Assembly (NCBI GenBank): GCA_963750165.1
Contig: CAVVPN010000011.1
Location: forward strand, 608,001-672,000
Direction of reading: 5' to 3'
Length of the DNA stretch: 64,000 nt
Origin: an uncultured Gemmataceae bacterium
GTDB lineage: Bacteria; Planctomycetota; Planctomycetia; Gemmatales; Gemmataceae
Within the stretch, counting starts at the first letter, position 1. Each line of letters begins with the position of its first letter. Positions 9,974-19,492 of this stretch are shown in pieces. The position numbers and the translations under genes are program-made. Below the pieces are notes generated by a model, which was not told where the DNA came from, did no database searches, and worked only from the letters and a program-made list of their open reading frames with translations.

Positions 9974-10131
9974 TGCAGACTCCGGGGAAATGAGTTGGGC
10001 ATGGTGAGCCGCTGCGGTCGGGGCGCCCCGAGCCGGCTTTCATTAGCATAGTCAATATAGCGGGGCCGACTCAACCGCCGAACGGGGAAAATGCTCTCCG
10101 TGCCTGGCCGAGCGCCCGCGCCACGATTTTT

Positions 10132-10253
10132 TTGGGCACAGTTTGCCCAATTAGGTATCAGGCTTTAGTTATCCGGGTTCCAGTCCAGGTCTGAACTGTT
10201 GCCCGAGACTGCGACCCAGATAACTAATGCCTAATGCCTGATGCCCAATGCCT
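10132..10253. repeat. Heptamer tandem repeat (CTAATGC-like) with a weak inverted partner
   Basis: CTAATGCCTAATGCCTGATGCCCAATGCC at ~10224-10252; TTAGGTATCAGGC at ~10151-10163. Confidence 0.5.
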
Positions 10254-11993
10254 ATTTTTTCAAGTCATACGCGAAATCCACCCAGCCGATCATCATCTCC
10301 TCCCACGTCTGATCGCCCCAGGTCACCGCCTGCGATGGGTCGGGGTTGTTGGGATTGTCCTTCGAGTTGTCGAAGTGCGCGACGCAATGAATCTTGGTGC
10401 CCTTCGGCGTCGGCACCGGCTCGACGGGGCGGTAGACGCTCTGCCAGTTGAAGTCGAAACGCGGCACCGACAGCAGCGTTTGCTTGGTGCCATCGGGGTA
10501 AAGGGCGTAGTAGATGAAGTCCTTGCCGCGCAGATGCATGTGCGGCATGAAACCGACGATGTGGCCATCCTTCTGGCAAGTGTATTTCGCCTCCACCTGA
10601 TGATTCGCCGCACCGGCCGGGATGCGGAAGTAGGGGAAGAACACGGGGGCCGTCACGACCACCTTCGTCGGCGGCTGTTTGGCGAAAATCAAACCGATGG
10701 CGGAGCGGTCCTTCTGGGCCTTGCCGTTGGGCGTGTAGTGCATCTGGAAGACGAGCGTGGCACCCTTCGGCAGCAGCTTGGCCATGCCGGGTCGCAGGAT
10801 CAACGGCATGTCGCCGGGGGCGGTGCCCGACAGCGTGGACGTGAAGGATCCTTCCGGTGAGAACTTCTTGCCCTTCGGCACCACGAACACGATGATGTGA
10901 TGCACCACCGCCGGCGCCCCGGCTGCGACTCGGCCCGCTCCACCCAGCGATCCTCCGGGAAGTCCGTCTTCACGCTGAAGTATTGATAGGGGATGCCACC
11001 CTTCGGCGCCACCGCCGGCACCGCGTACTCGACCGGCATGTGCAGCACCACGTCTGGCTTGCCAATGCGCCAGCCGGGGACGTACTCCTTCGCCGGCGGC
11101 AGGTCTTTCTCATCGCCCCGGGGACAGCCCTGCTCGATCCAGGTGAGCAGCGTCTCGCGGTCCTCCTTCGACAGGCTGCGGTCATTGGAAAACTTACCGA
11201 ACCGCGGATCGGCATGCCACGGCGGCATACGGTTCTCCTGCACGACTTCCCGGATGGTTTCAGCCCAGGCACTGACGTCGCTGTAGGTCAGCAGCGCCAT
11301 CGGGCCGATGTGACCGGGGCGGTGGCATTCCTGGCAGCGGTTCTGCACGATGCGGCTGACGTGCTTCGCGTAGGTGACGGCGCCCTGTTTCGGCACACTG
11401 ACGCGGGCAATGTAGCAACCGGCGACGGTCGTGCTGGGCACGCTGACCTGCTTGCCGGCCAGCACCTCGTTGATGGCCTCGGCCAGATCGCGACGCGTCG
11501 GCTGGTTGCGCTGGTAGCCGATACCGAACTGATCGTCGATGCGGCCCTGGTAGCGTACCTTGCGTTCGCCGTCCAGCAGGACCGCCTCGGGCGTTCGCTT
11601 CGCACCCACGAGGTCCGCGACCTTGTTCAGTTCATCGCGCAACACCGGAAAGGCGAGCGCGTGTTTTTTCGCGTGCTCGGCGATGCGCGGCGGCGTGTCC
11701 TGGCGATTGGCGTTGACGGCCAGGAACTGCACGCCGCGCAGCGCGAACTCCTTGTGCAGTTCGTTCAGGCGCGGCAGGAAGAAGTTGTTGACCGGACACT
11801 CGGTGCCGACGAACACTAGCACAACCGCTTTTTTGTCCTTGAACTGGGCCAGCGAAACGGCCTTGCCCTGCGTGTCCTTCAACGTGAAGTCCGCGATGAC
11901 CTTGCCGGATGGTGGCTGAGTCGATCCCGAGCGCAGGATCAGCAGGCCGCCACAGAGCGCCACACCAACTAGCAGGGTACGATACCGCTTCAT
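10252..11993 (-). CDS. Redoxin + c-type heme (CxxCH) + copper type II ascorbate-dependent monooxygenase-like protein (frameshift ~10918)
   Basis: ECPV redoxin, CQECH, MPPW, VVHH, HY, PHMHLRG, EEMM; two ORFs joined by one G missing in a G4 run. Confidence 0.85.
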
Positions 11994-12013
11994 GAGTGCA
12001 ATCCTCCTCGCGT

Positions 12014-12104
12014 TTCACCACAAAGACACAAAGAGCACAAAGAAAAAAAGAGCCAGCACTTGCCTTCCGTTTTTCTTTTGTGCTCTTTGTGTCTTTGTGG
12101 TGAA
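12014..12104. repeat. Nonamer-repeat hairpin (CACCACAAAGACACAAAG family)
   Basis: TTCACCACAAAGACACAAAGAGCACAAAG...TTTTGTGCTCTTTGTGTCTTTGTGGTGAA. Confidence 0.85.
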
Positions 12105-12114
12105 TCCTTTGTTG

Positions 12115-12947
12115 CTACAACCCCGGCACCACCGTCACGGTCAACTCCAGTTCCTTGCCGGCGCGGCGCACCACCAGGACCGCCCGACTGCCGGGCGCAC
12201 ATGGCTGGCGGCCTGGTAGCAATCCAGGATGCTATCCGTCCAGCGGCCGTCGAGAGTCAGCAGCCGGTCGCCCTGCTTGAGTCCCGCGGCGGCGGCGGCA
12301 CTGCCCGGCAGCACCGCCGTCACGTCCACGCCGGCGTCCGTGTCCTTCGTCTCCTTGGCGATGCGGAAGCCCCACTGCCCCGCGGGCGCCACCACTGGCG
12401 GCGGCGCGTCCTTGGGCCGGTTCAGCACCGCCATCATCTTGTTCATCACGTTCGGCGGTTCGAACCGGGTCGGCACGAACGTCATCTCCTTCCGCTGGTA
12501 ATCGATCGTCATCCGGTAGCGGGCGAAGAACGACAGGCCAACGATGCCGTCAATGCCCTCGTCCTTGCTGAGAACCTCGGAAATCTTCTTGATGAGCGGG
12601 TGATCCATGACCATCGTCGGCAGGTTCTCCGCCTTGAGGTCGCCCATCGCAAATGTCTTGATCTTGTAGTTGCCCACGCCGGGGAACAACGGCATCACCG
12701 GCTTCTGTCCCTTCGGCACCACCTCGGTGCGGATCGCCAGATCGCGGCCCAGCAGCGTGTACGGCGCCCCCGTGTCGAAGATGAGCCGCACCGGCGGCTC
12801 GCCGTTGATCTTCACCTTGACGACCATGTGCCGCGTCTTCAGCATCTCGAACGGCACCTTGAACGTCTTGGCCGGGGGGTCGCCGGCGCGGGCCGCGGGC
12901 GCCAGCGCCGCCAGGAACAGGCCAGCCGTCAGCAGCAGATTCTTCAT
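12115..12947 (-). CDS. Exported retropepsin-like aspartyl protease + PDZ domain (frameshift ~12190)
   Basis: LIFDTGA, DGIVG, IDY, PDZ GSAAAAAGLKQGD; corrected C-terminus RRAGKELELTVTVVPGL parallels the paralog. Confidence 0.85.
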
Positions 12948-12949
12948 GG

Positions 12950-13819
12950 TTACAGGCCCTCCCCGGCGGTCAACGTGATCTGCACCGTCTTGCCGCCGCG
13001 CTCCACGGTCAGCATCAATTCCTGACCGGGCAGCAACTTGGCGGCCTGACGCAGGACTTCCTGGACTGTTTTCACCTGCTCGCCCTTGATCGCGGTGATG
13101 CGGTCGCCGGCCTTCAGGCCCGAGTCCGCGGCCGGACCTTTGGCCAACATCGCCTTGACCTGGACGGCTCCGTTGGCCTCTTTCAATTCGACGCCCAGGA
13201 AGCCGCGCGGCGTCGGTGGCGGCGGCGGTTTCATGCCCGTGAACTTGGCCATGCCCTGCATGAATTTGCCGACGTTGTCCAGGTCGTTGAGGGTTTTGTC
13301 CTTCTTGTCGAGGCCCAGTTTGATCGGCGCCGGCGGCTGGTAATTCAGCTTCGTCCAGACCATCTTGTCCCTGGTGAAGTCGATCTCCAGCTTGTAATGC
13401 GACAACACCGTGTAGCCGATCATGCCGTGCAGCTCCACGCCGGCCATGCCGAAGGCGTTCATACCCGTCAACTGGAACGGCGTCTCAACGTGGCACTGGA
13501 AGTCGCGCAGCACCGGGCCGCCCTCGATCTCCAGTTTGGAAATGGTGCCTGTCCCCTTTTTGTCCGCCTTCACCCCGGCCTTCTCGGCGATCGGGATGGA
13601 GACGTACAGCAGCGGCGCCCCGGTGTCCACGATGAAGTTGTACGGCCCCTTACCATTGATCTTGAGCCGCACCATGATGTGCTGCGAATCGGTCAGCCGA
13701 TAGGGGACGTGAAAGACCTTCCTGTCCTGAGCCTTGCCCTGGCCCTTGGGGGCCTGGGCGGCCAGGGGTGGTGCCAGGGCGATCAGCAGGGCGCCGCACA
13801 GCAGCCAGGGACATCGCAT
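12950..13819 (-). CDS. Exported retropepsin-like aspartyl protease + PDZ domain
   Basis: FIVDTGA, HGMIG, GFLGV..GPAADSGLKAGD. Confidence 0.88.
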   Translation of the reverse strand: MRCPWLLCGALLIALAPPLAAQAPKGQGKAQDRKVFHVPYRLTDSQHIMVRLKINGKGPYNFIVDTGAPLLYVSIPIAEKAGVKADKKGTGTISKLEIEGGPVLRDFQCHVETPFQLTGMNAFGMAGVELHGMIGYTVLSHYKLEIDFTRDKMVWTKLNYQPPAPIKLGLDKKDKTLNDLDNVGKFMQGMAKFTGMKPPPPPTPRGFLGVELKEANGAVQVKAMLAKGPAADSGLKAGDRITAIKGEQVKTVQEVLRQAAKLLPGQELMLTVERGGKTVQITLTAGEGL

Positions 13820-13967
13820 ACGAAAACTCCGCGGGGTGTCGGGTTCAGAATGGACCGGTGCCGCAGGCGTGCGGCGATGGACTATTATAGCAGAAACGGT
13901 GAACCCACGGCGCGGGCCGTGGGTTCGGGAATATCGGCCTCCTGGGGTGAGTCGGGGCTGCTTGTTT

Positions 13968-14199
13968 TCTGCCGCTTGCGGCTTAGTGGTCCGTACCGCA
14001 ATTAACTGGAGGGTTGGGGGTGACGGCCTGGGACCGTAGGACGGCTCTCCAGAGCCGTCCCGCTCACCCCGGGACGGCTCTGGAGAGCCGTCCTACGAAC
14101 GATCTCGCAACCCTCCAGTTAATTGCGGTACGAACCACTTAGCGCGCTGCAACCCTGCTGACGTCAGAAGGGTTGCAGCGCTAAGCCGCAAGCGGCAGA
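13968..14199. repeat. Outer REP-like hairpin interrupted by a MITE
   Basis: TCTGCCGCTTGCGGCTTAG ... CTAAGCCGCAAGCGGCAGA. Confidence 0.75.
13986..14138. mobile_element. Putative MITE, 31-bp TIRs, TTA target duplication, containing a GTAG REP doublet
   Basis: GTGGTCCGTACCGCAATTAACTGGAGGGTTG / CAACCCTCCAGTTAATTGCGGTACGAACCAC; TTA at 13983-85 and 14139-41; inner GTAGGACGGCTCTCCAGAGCCGTCC pair at 14036-14096. Confidence 0.7.
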
Positions 14200-14211
14200 G
14201 GAAAGGTCCAC

Positions 14212-16113
14212 CTACTTCTTGTCCTTTTTCTTGAGCCCCGCCAGGAAGCTGACCGGCAAGCGCCCGCCGGGACGACCCGACGTGCCGCCAAGGAAGACAA
14301 AGCACATCTCATCGGTCGTCTGTTCGCCGAAGCGCACGTTGCGCGGCGGGTCGGACGGATTGTTCGGGTTGCTGGCGCTGTTGTTGTAGACGGCCTCAAT
14401 CTCGAAGCGCGTGCCGGCCTTGACCGTCAGCGGTTGCTTGAGGACGTAGGTTTCCTGCCAGTTGTAATCCCACTCCTTGATCGCCAGCAGGGTCTGCTTG
14501 CCGCCGTCCGGCGTGACCAGCGTCACCTTGATCTCCTTGCCAAGCATGTGCATGTGTGGCATCACCGAGTGCAGCTCGAAGTCGGCGCTGGCCGTGGCGG
14601 TGCCCTTGATCTGGAAGCGCTCCTGGCCGGCAGGGATCTTGTTGAACCAGGCCATCGTCACGCCGCCCTGATACCGGTGCGTGACCGGCTTTTTGGCGAA
14701 GTACAGGCCGATGGACGTGCGGTCCTTCTCGGCGCGGCCGTTGCGGTGATAGTGCATTTGCATGACCACGTCCGCGCCCTTGGGCAGGAAGATGCCGGAA
14801 CCCTCGGGCACGAAGCGCGGCAGCTGTCCGGGGGCCCAGCCGCCGATGCTCGCCTCGGGCAAAAAGCCGATACCCATGCCGGCCACGTAGCCAGGGCCCT
14901 TATCTAGTGCCGCGTGGCCGCCGGGCGGCGTCAACTTGATTTTGTTCTGATACTGCTCCTCCAGCTTGCTGGCGCGGCCCTTGGTGTCCACAAACAGCAG
15001 CGTGTGATGCACCACGCGCGGATTGCCCGGCCGCACCTCGACCGCCGCCACGTACTTGTCCTCCAGCAACTTCGTCGGCAGCACGAAGCAGCGGAAGTGG
15101 TCGGGGCCCGTGGGGCCGATCTGCATATCGTCGCAGACGGTCAGGATCAAATCAGGCTTGCCCAGCTGCCAGCCCTCCGGGAATTTGGCCGGCGGCGGCG
15201 CATCCTTGGGATTGCCCTCCGGCGTGTTGCCGTCCGCCCACGCGGCCAACGTGGCGATGTCCTTGTCGCTCAGGCGGCGGGCGTTGTGGAAGGCAACACC
15301 CTCGTCAATCTTCCAGGGCGGCATCTGCCGGGTGCGCGTGTATTCCTTGATGTCCGCGGCCCAGTTGACGGCCTGGCGATAGGACATCAGCGCGAACGGG
15401 CCGACCTCACCGGGGCGGTGGCACTGCTGGCAATTGGCCTGCAGGATCGGCAGCACGTCGCGGTAGTAGGTGACGGCGCCGGCCTTGGGCGCCGCCCTGG
15501 TTTCGCGGACGATGGCGCAGCCGACGGGCAAGGTCGCCGCCGTGGACACGGGCCGGCCGGAGACGATTTCGGCGAGCACCTGTTCCAGGTCGCGGCTGGT
15601 GATCTGCTGATTCTTCTTGAGGCGGGCGTAATAGCTGTTGTCGATGCGGCCGCGGTAGCGCAGCACGAAGTCGCCGTCGAGCACGAACGCCTCGGGGGTG
15701 ACCGCGGCCTTGAAGGCGTCCGTGGCGCGGAAGCCGGCGTCACGGAAGACCGGGAACTTGACGTTGTTTTCCTTGACGTGCTTCGCCACGTCTGCGGCGG
15801 TATCGTCCTGGTTGACGGTCAGGCCGACGAACGCCACGTCCTGCTTGCCGAACTCGGCTGCCAGGTCGTTCAGCGGCTGCGTGTAGCTGAGCGACACCGG
15901 GCAATCGAAGGAGAGGAACACGACCACGACGGCTTTCTTGCCCTTGAGGTCGTGCAGAGCAAGTTTCTTGCCGGCAGCGTCCTGCACGGTGAAGTTGGCG
16001 ATCTTCTTGCCAACCTGGGCGGTGCTCGGCTTGTCCTGCTCGCCGGCGCGGGCGCCGGTGGCGAGCAGCAGGCCGGCGAGCAGGGCCACGGTGGGGGCAG
16101 CGAATCGGTGCAT
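14212..16113 (-). CDS. Redoxin + CxxCH + copper type II monooxygenase-like protein (paralog of 10252-11993)
   Basis: DCPV, CQQCH, MPPW, VVHH, HY, PHMHMLG, DEMC. Confidence 0.88.
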   Translation of the reverse strand: MHRFAAPTVALLAGLLLATGARAGEQDKPSTAQVGKKIANFTVQDAAGKKLALHDLKGKKAVVVVFLSFDCPVSLSYTQPLNDLAAEFGKQDVAFVGLTVNQDDTAADVAKHVKENNVKFPVFRDAGFRATDAFKAAVTPEAFVLDGDFVLRYRGRIDNSYYARLKKNQQITSRDLEQVLAEIVSGRPVSTAATLPVGCAIVRETRAAPKAGAVTYYRDVLPILQANCQQCHRPGEVGPFALMSYRQAVNWAADIKEYTRTRQMPPWKIDEGVAFHNARRLSDKDIATLAAWADGNTPEGNPKDAPPPAKFPEGWQLGKPDLILTVCDDMQIGPTGPDHFRCFVLPTKLLEDKYVAAVEVRPGNPRVVHHTLLFVDTKGRASKLEEQYQNKIKLTPPGGHAALDKGPGYVAGMGIGFLPEASIGGWAPGQLPRFVPEGSGIFLPKGADVVMQMHYHRNGRAEKDRTSIGLYFAKKPVTHRYQGGVTMAWFNKIPAGQERFQIKGTATASADFELHSVMPHMHMLGKEIKVTLVTPDGGKQTLLAIKEWDYNWQETYVLKQPLTVKAGTRFEIEAVYNNSASNPNNPSDPPRNVRFGEQTTDEMCFVFLGGTSGRPGGRLPVSFLAGLKKKDKK

Positions 16114-16206
16114 AAATGGCCTCGATGGGTTGGCTTCACGGTTCCGCGTTCTATGAGGATACTGCCGCGCCCGGCGCCGGGTTTCAAGGCCGAAGTGACA
16201 TTCCAC

Positions 16207-16276
16207 GGCGAGCGGCGCGGCGTCAGCCCGCCGGTACGGACTGTCACCGGCGGGCTGACGCCGCGCCGCTCGCCGG
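16207..16276. repeat. REP-like hairpin (CGGCGAGCGGCGCGGCGTCAGCCCGCCGGT family)
   Basis: ~30-bp inverted arms; second copy at 29512-29597. Confidence 0.85.
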
Positions 16277-17157
16277 AGGATCGTCGGCGGAAAAACGCAC
16301 ATTGGTGGGGATGAGCCGATCACGCAGCGCCACGAACAGACAGGCAGTCACGAGGTCCGCGGTGGTGCCGGGGTTGCGCTGGTGGCCCTCGTCCCGCAGC
16401 CAGCGGTCCAGGTCGCGCAACTCTTCCCAGCCCGCCGTCGGCCAGCCTGCGCCAACACTCTTCGGGCCAGATCACATGCTTCTGCAGCTTCGTCAATGCC
16501 GCGCTTACGCTGGATCAAGCTGTCGGGAAACGCCTTCAGCAACTGCAACTGGCAATAAATGATTGCTCGTTCGAGGTCACCGGCTAGTGTCAAGCCGTGT
16601 TCCAGTTGCGAAAGGCCGAAAAGAAAAATGTCCTCGAACCAGTTGTCGTATTGTCGTGCGATCAGATCGCGATCCGCGGCGAGGCCCATCACCTGGCGAA
16701 GTCCCATGGTCGGGCGGTCGTGAACATCCTGCTCCGCCACTCGGCCGAGTCCTCCCGGTACTGCCAACCGAATCGCCTCATAAACCGCAACGGAATCGGC
16801 CTCGTCCAGACTGCAGAGCACAGCTTTCAAGGTAATTTGCAATGAAAGCCCAGTCGAATGAGCGGATGCGCACGCCAGCGGCGCCAGCAGCAGCACGATG
16901 CCAAGGTTCGTGTTCGTCGCGGTAACCCGCCGGGTGGCGCGGATCGCCTCCAGTACCGTTTCGCCAACCGAACGATCCCGAGCAGTCTCCATCACCGGCG
17001 CGATGGCCGCCGCACTGACGATGAAATCCAGATAACGCACGTCCTCAAAATCCTGATAACGATGGACGTTGCCGGGCTTGCGGGCGGTCGCTTCCCAGAT
17101 GCACGCCAGCTGGGCACACAGTCCCACGGAGGGCGGCGGATCATCGGGCTTGCTCAC
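16244..17157 (-). CDS. citG: CitG-like triphosphoribosyl-dephospho-CoA synthase family protein (Orf7 of H4MPT/methanofuran cluster; frameshift ~16450)
   Basis: WEATARKPGNVH, NTNLG, PDSLIQRK; NPGTTADL in the shifted frame. Confidence 0.82.
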
Positions 17158-18010
17158 GGACGGCCTCGCTGAAATGGCGAACAATTTCCGCGGCGACATC
17201 CACGCCCGTCACCGGCGCCAGGGCGCGCCAGCCCGGCACGGCGTTGACCTCCAGCACGAACCAGTCGCCGTCCGGCCCCGGCAGCAGATCGACGCCGGCG
17301 ACCGTGACGCCCAGCGCTGCCGCGGCGTGCAGGGCCAACCGCTCCTGTTCCTGCGTGACGCATACCGCCTCAGCCTTGCCGCCCTGGGCGACGTTGGTGC
17401 GCCAGCCGTCCCGGGCGTGGCGGCGCATGCCGGCAACGACCCGGTCGGCGATCACGAAGACGCGCAGATCCCATCCAGGATGGTTTATGAATTGCTGCAC
17501 GTACAGCACCGTCTGTGTGCGTTCCAACGTGCGGAAGGTGCGCCAGGCCAGTTCCGGATCGCTGACGCGCACCATGCCGCGGCCCTCGGAGCCGAACAGC
17601 GGTTTGACCACCACGTCACCGCCGAGCAACTCGAACGCCGCCAGGGCGTCGTCGGCTTGCTGACAGGCGATGGTCGGCGGCACGCGCAGCCCGGCGGCTT
17701 CGAGGCGGGCGCTGGCGAGATACTTGTCGATACAGATTTCCAGGGCGCGGGGGCTGTTGAGGATGACGACGCCGGCGGCCTGCCAGCGCTGCAGCACGTC
17801 CATGCGGAAGACGACCTGTTCCAGCGAGCCGGGCGGCATGGTGCGAACAACCACGGCCGGCGCCGGCGGAAACGGGTTCGGCGTCACACCGACGGCGGCG
17901 CGGAGGCGGCGGAAGTCGAGCACCTCAACTTCATGCCCCTGAGCCCGGGCAGCGCGGCGCAGGTCGAGCACGTGCCAGCCCTCACCGCCGGAGATCACCG
18001 CGATTCGCAT
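17141..18010 (-). CDS. RimK-family ATP-grasp alpha-L-glutamate ligase (Orf5/MptN-like)
   Basis: GSLEQVVFRMDVL, VVKPLFGSEGRG, WRTNVAQGG, LEVNAVPGW; adjacent to mch. Confidence 0.9.
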   Translation of the reverse strand: MRIAVISGGEGWHVLDLRRAARAQGHEVEVLDFRRLRAAVGVTPNPFPPAPAVVVRTMPPGSLEQVVFRMDVLQRWQAAGVVILNSPRALEICIDKYLASARLEAAGLRVPPTIACQQADDALAAFELLGGDVVVKPLFGSEGRGMVRVSDPELAWRTFRTLERTQTVLYVQQFINHPGWDLRVFVIADRVVAGMRRHARDGWRTNVAQGGKAEAVCVTQEQERLALHAAAALGVTVAGVDLLPGPDGDWFVLEVNAVPGWRALAPVTGVDVAAEIVRHFSEAVREQAR

Positions 18011-18061
18011 GACTGGCCTGCTGGACCTGTGCGCCGTTGCTCTACCGGAGAGGGACGCAAT

Positions 18062-18478
18062 TTAGACCTCGGCCGCACCCGGTGAGCCGCTCAGCTCCCG
18101 GCTGATGCCGCTGATCCCCACCTCCCCCTGGTGAAGACGGCCCCGCTCCCGCGCCCGTTGCAAAGTGTCCCAGCGATCGCCCCCGGGCTTGACCCGTGTC
18201 AGTCTTTCCAGAAGCATCTGCTCGAACCGATCCGCGGAAACCCGGATGCCAATGTCGAGATCGGCGTCCGGCTCCGCCGTGCCGCGCCCGCGGCTGCCGT
18301 GAACGAACAGATCATCGCCCAGGTCGCCGATCCGGCCTGCTTCTTGCCGCAGGCGCTCGCGCAACCGCAGCGACACCAGCTGGAACTGCTCCTCCGTCAT
18401 CCCCTGGAGCGGTCCCGGCTTCGTGAAAATGTTGTCGTAGTTATACCGCGCTCGCGCCGACGCCGCGACAGGTTTCAT
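18062..18478 (-). CDS. Pol-beta superfamily nucleotidyltransferase-domain protein
   Basis: HGSRGRGTAEPDADLDIG motif; ATG overlaps the mch stop (ATGA); may be C-terminally truncated. Confidence 0.65.
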   Translation of the reverse strand: MKPVAASARARYNYDNIFTKPGPLQGMTEEQFQLVSLRLRERLRQEAGRIGDLGDDLFVHGSRGRGTAEPDADLDIGIRVSADRFEQMLLERLTRVKPGGDRWDTLQRARERGRLHQGEVGISGISRELSGSPGAAEV

Positions 18479-19439
18479 GACGCCGCGCCAAAGAACGACT
18501 CGTGCAACACCTCCGGCGCAATCTTGCCGAAGACGTGGCTCTGGCCGCTCTTCAGATTGTTGAACACGATCTGCGCCGGGCTGAACAGCATCGGATCGAT
18601 TTTGTAGAAATCGTGGTTGTAGCGTGCAAAGATGTCCGCGAACGGTGTGCCGTGGTCCGGCGACGCAGACGACGGCACCTTCGAACCGATCTCCGCGATG
18701 TGCTCGTCGTCTGTCTGCACCCACAACACCACACGGCCGCCGTACAGGATCGCGTCATTGGTGCGGCCGATTGCGCTCAGCTCGTCCCGGGCCACCGGCG
18801 GCAGCGGTGCCGACCCGAAGCCCGACACAATGCAGCCCAGGTCGAACTTCAGTTCGTGTAATTTGTGCAGTGCCGTCTCCAGGCGCGAGCGACCACCTGA
18901 ATCGTCCCCGCCAGGCTCGACGCGGGCGCCGCCAGCAGCGTCAGCTTGTTCGCCGGCAGCTGCAGCGCCTCGCTCAGGTGGCTCACGACCGCGTCGTCCG
19001 GCAGTTTGCGCGTCTCCAGCACGCCGACCGCCACCGGCGACGTTTCGCGGCCCGGAATGTGGTCGTACAACTCCTCCTTGCCGTAGGCGGCCCGCATCGG
19101 TCCGGAGCCCATTGCGAAGAATTTTTCGACACTCACCTGCCAGCCGGCGTACTGCGCCGCCAGGCACGCCAGCACCGGCTGGTCGGTCAGCACCTGCACG
19201 ACGGGACACGGCACCCCCGCCACGTCGCCGGCCAGCAACGACACCTCCCCCTGCCCCGCCAGGCACACACGCGCCAGCGACAGGCCCGCCTGCAGACCGC
19301 CCGGCATCTCGACGCCGCAGTCCAGGATTTTGGCGCCGGCGGTCGTGATCTTGACGTTGATGCGCAGCGCCGCCGCCGTCGCGGCCATGTGATCGGCCAG
19401 GCGCATTGCCCGTTCGTTCAAAGTCGGAGTGAGGGCCAC
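18475..19439 (-). CDS. mch: Methenyltetrahydromethanopterin cyclohydrolase (frameshift ~18885)
   Basis: QYAGW, MGSGPMRA, SLAGTIQVVAR / ETALHKL, GRTNDAILYGG, PSSAS, FYKIDPMLFSPA. Confidence 0.93.
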
Positions 19440-19492
19440 CGGTTCGGTCTCCTTTGCCTTATTGCTGGCAAGCTGGGTAGTTGTGGCGTACT

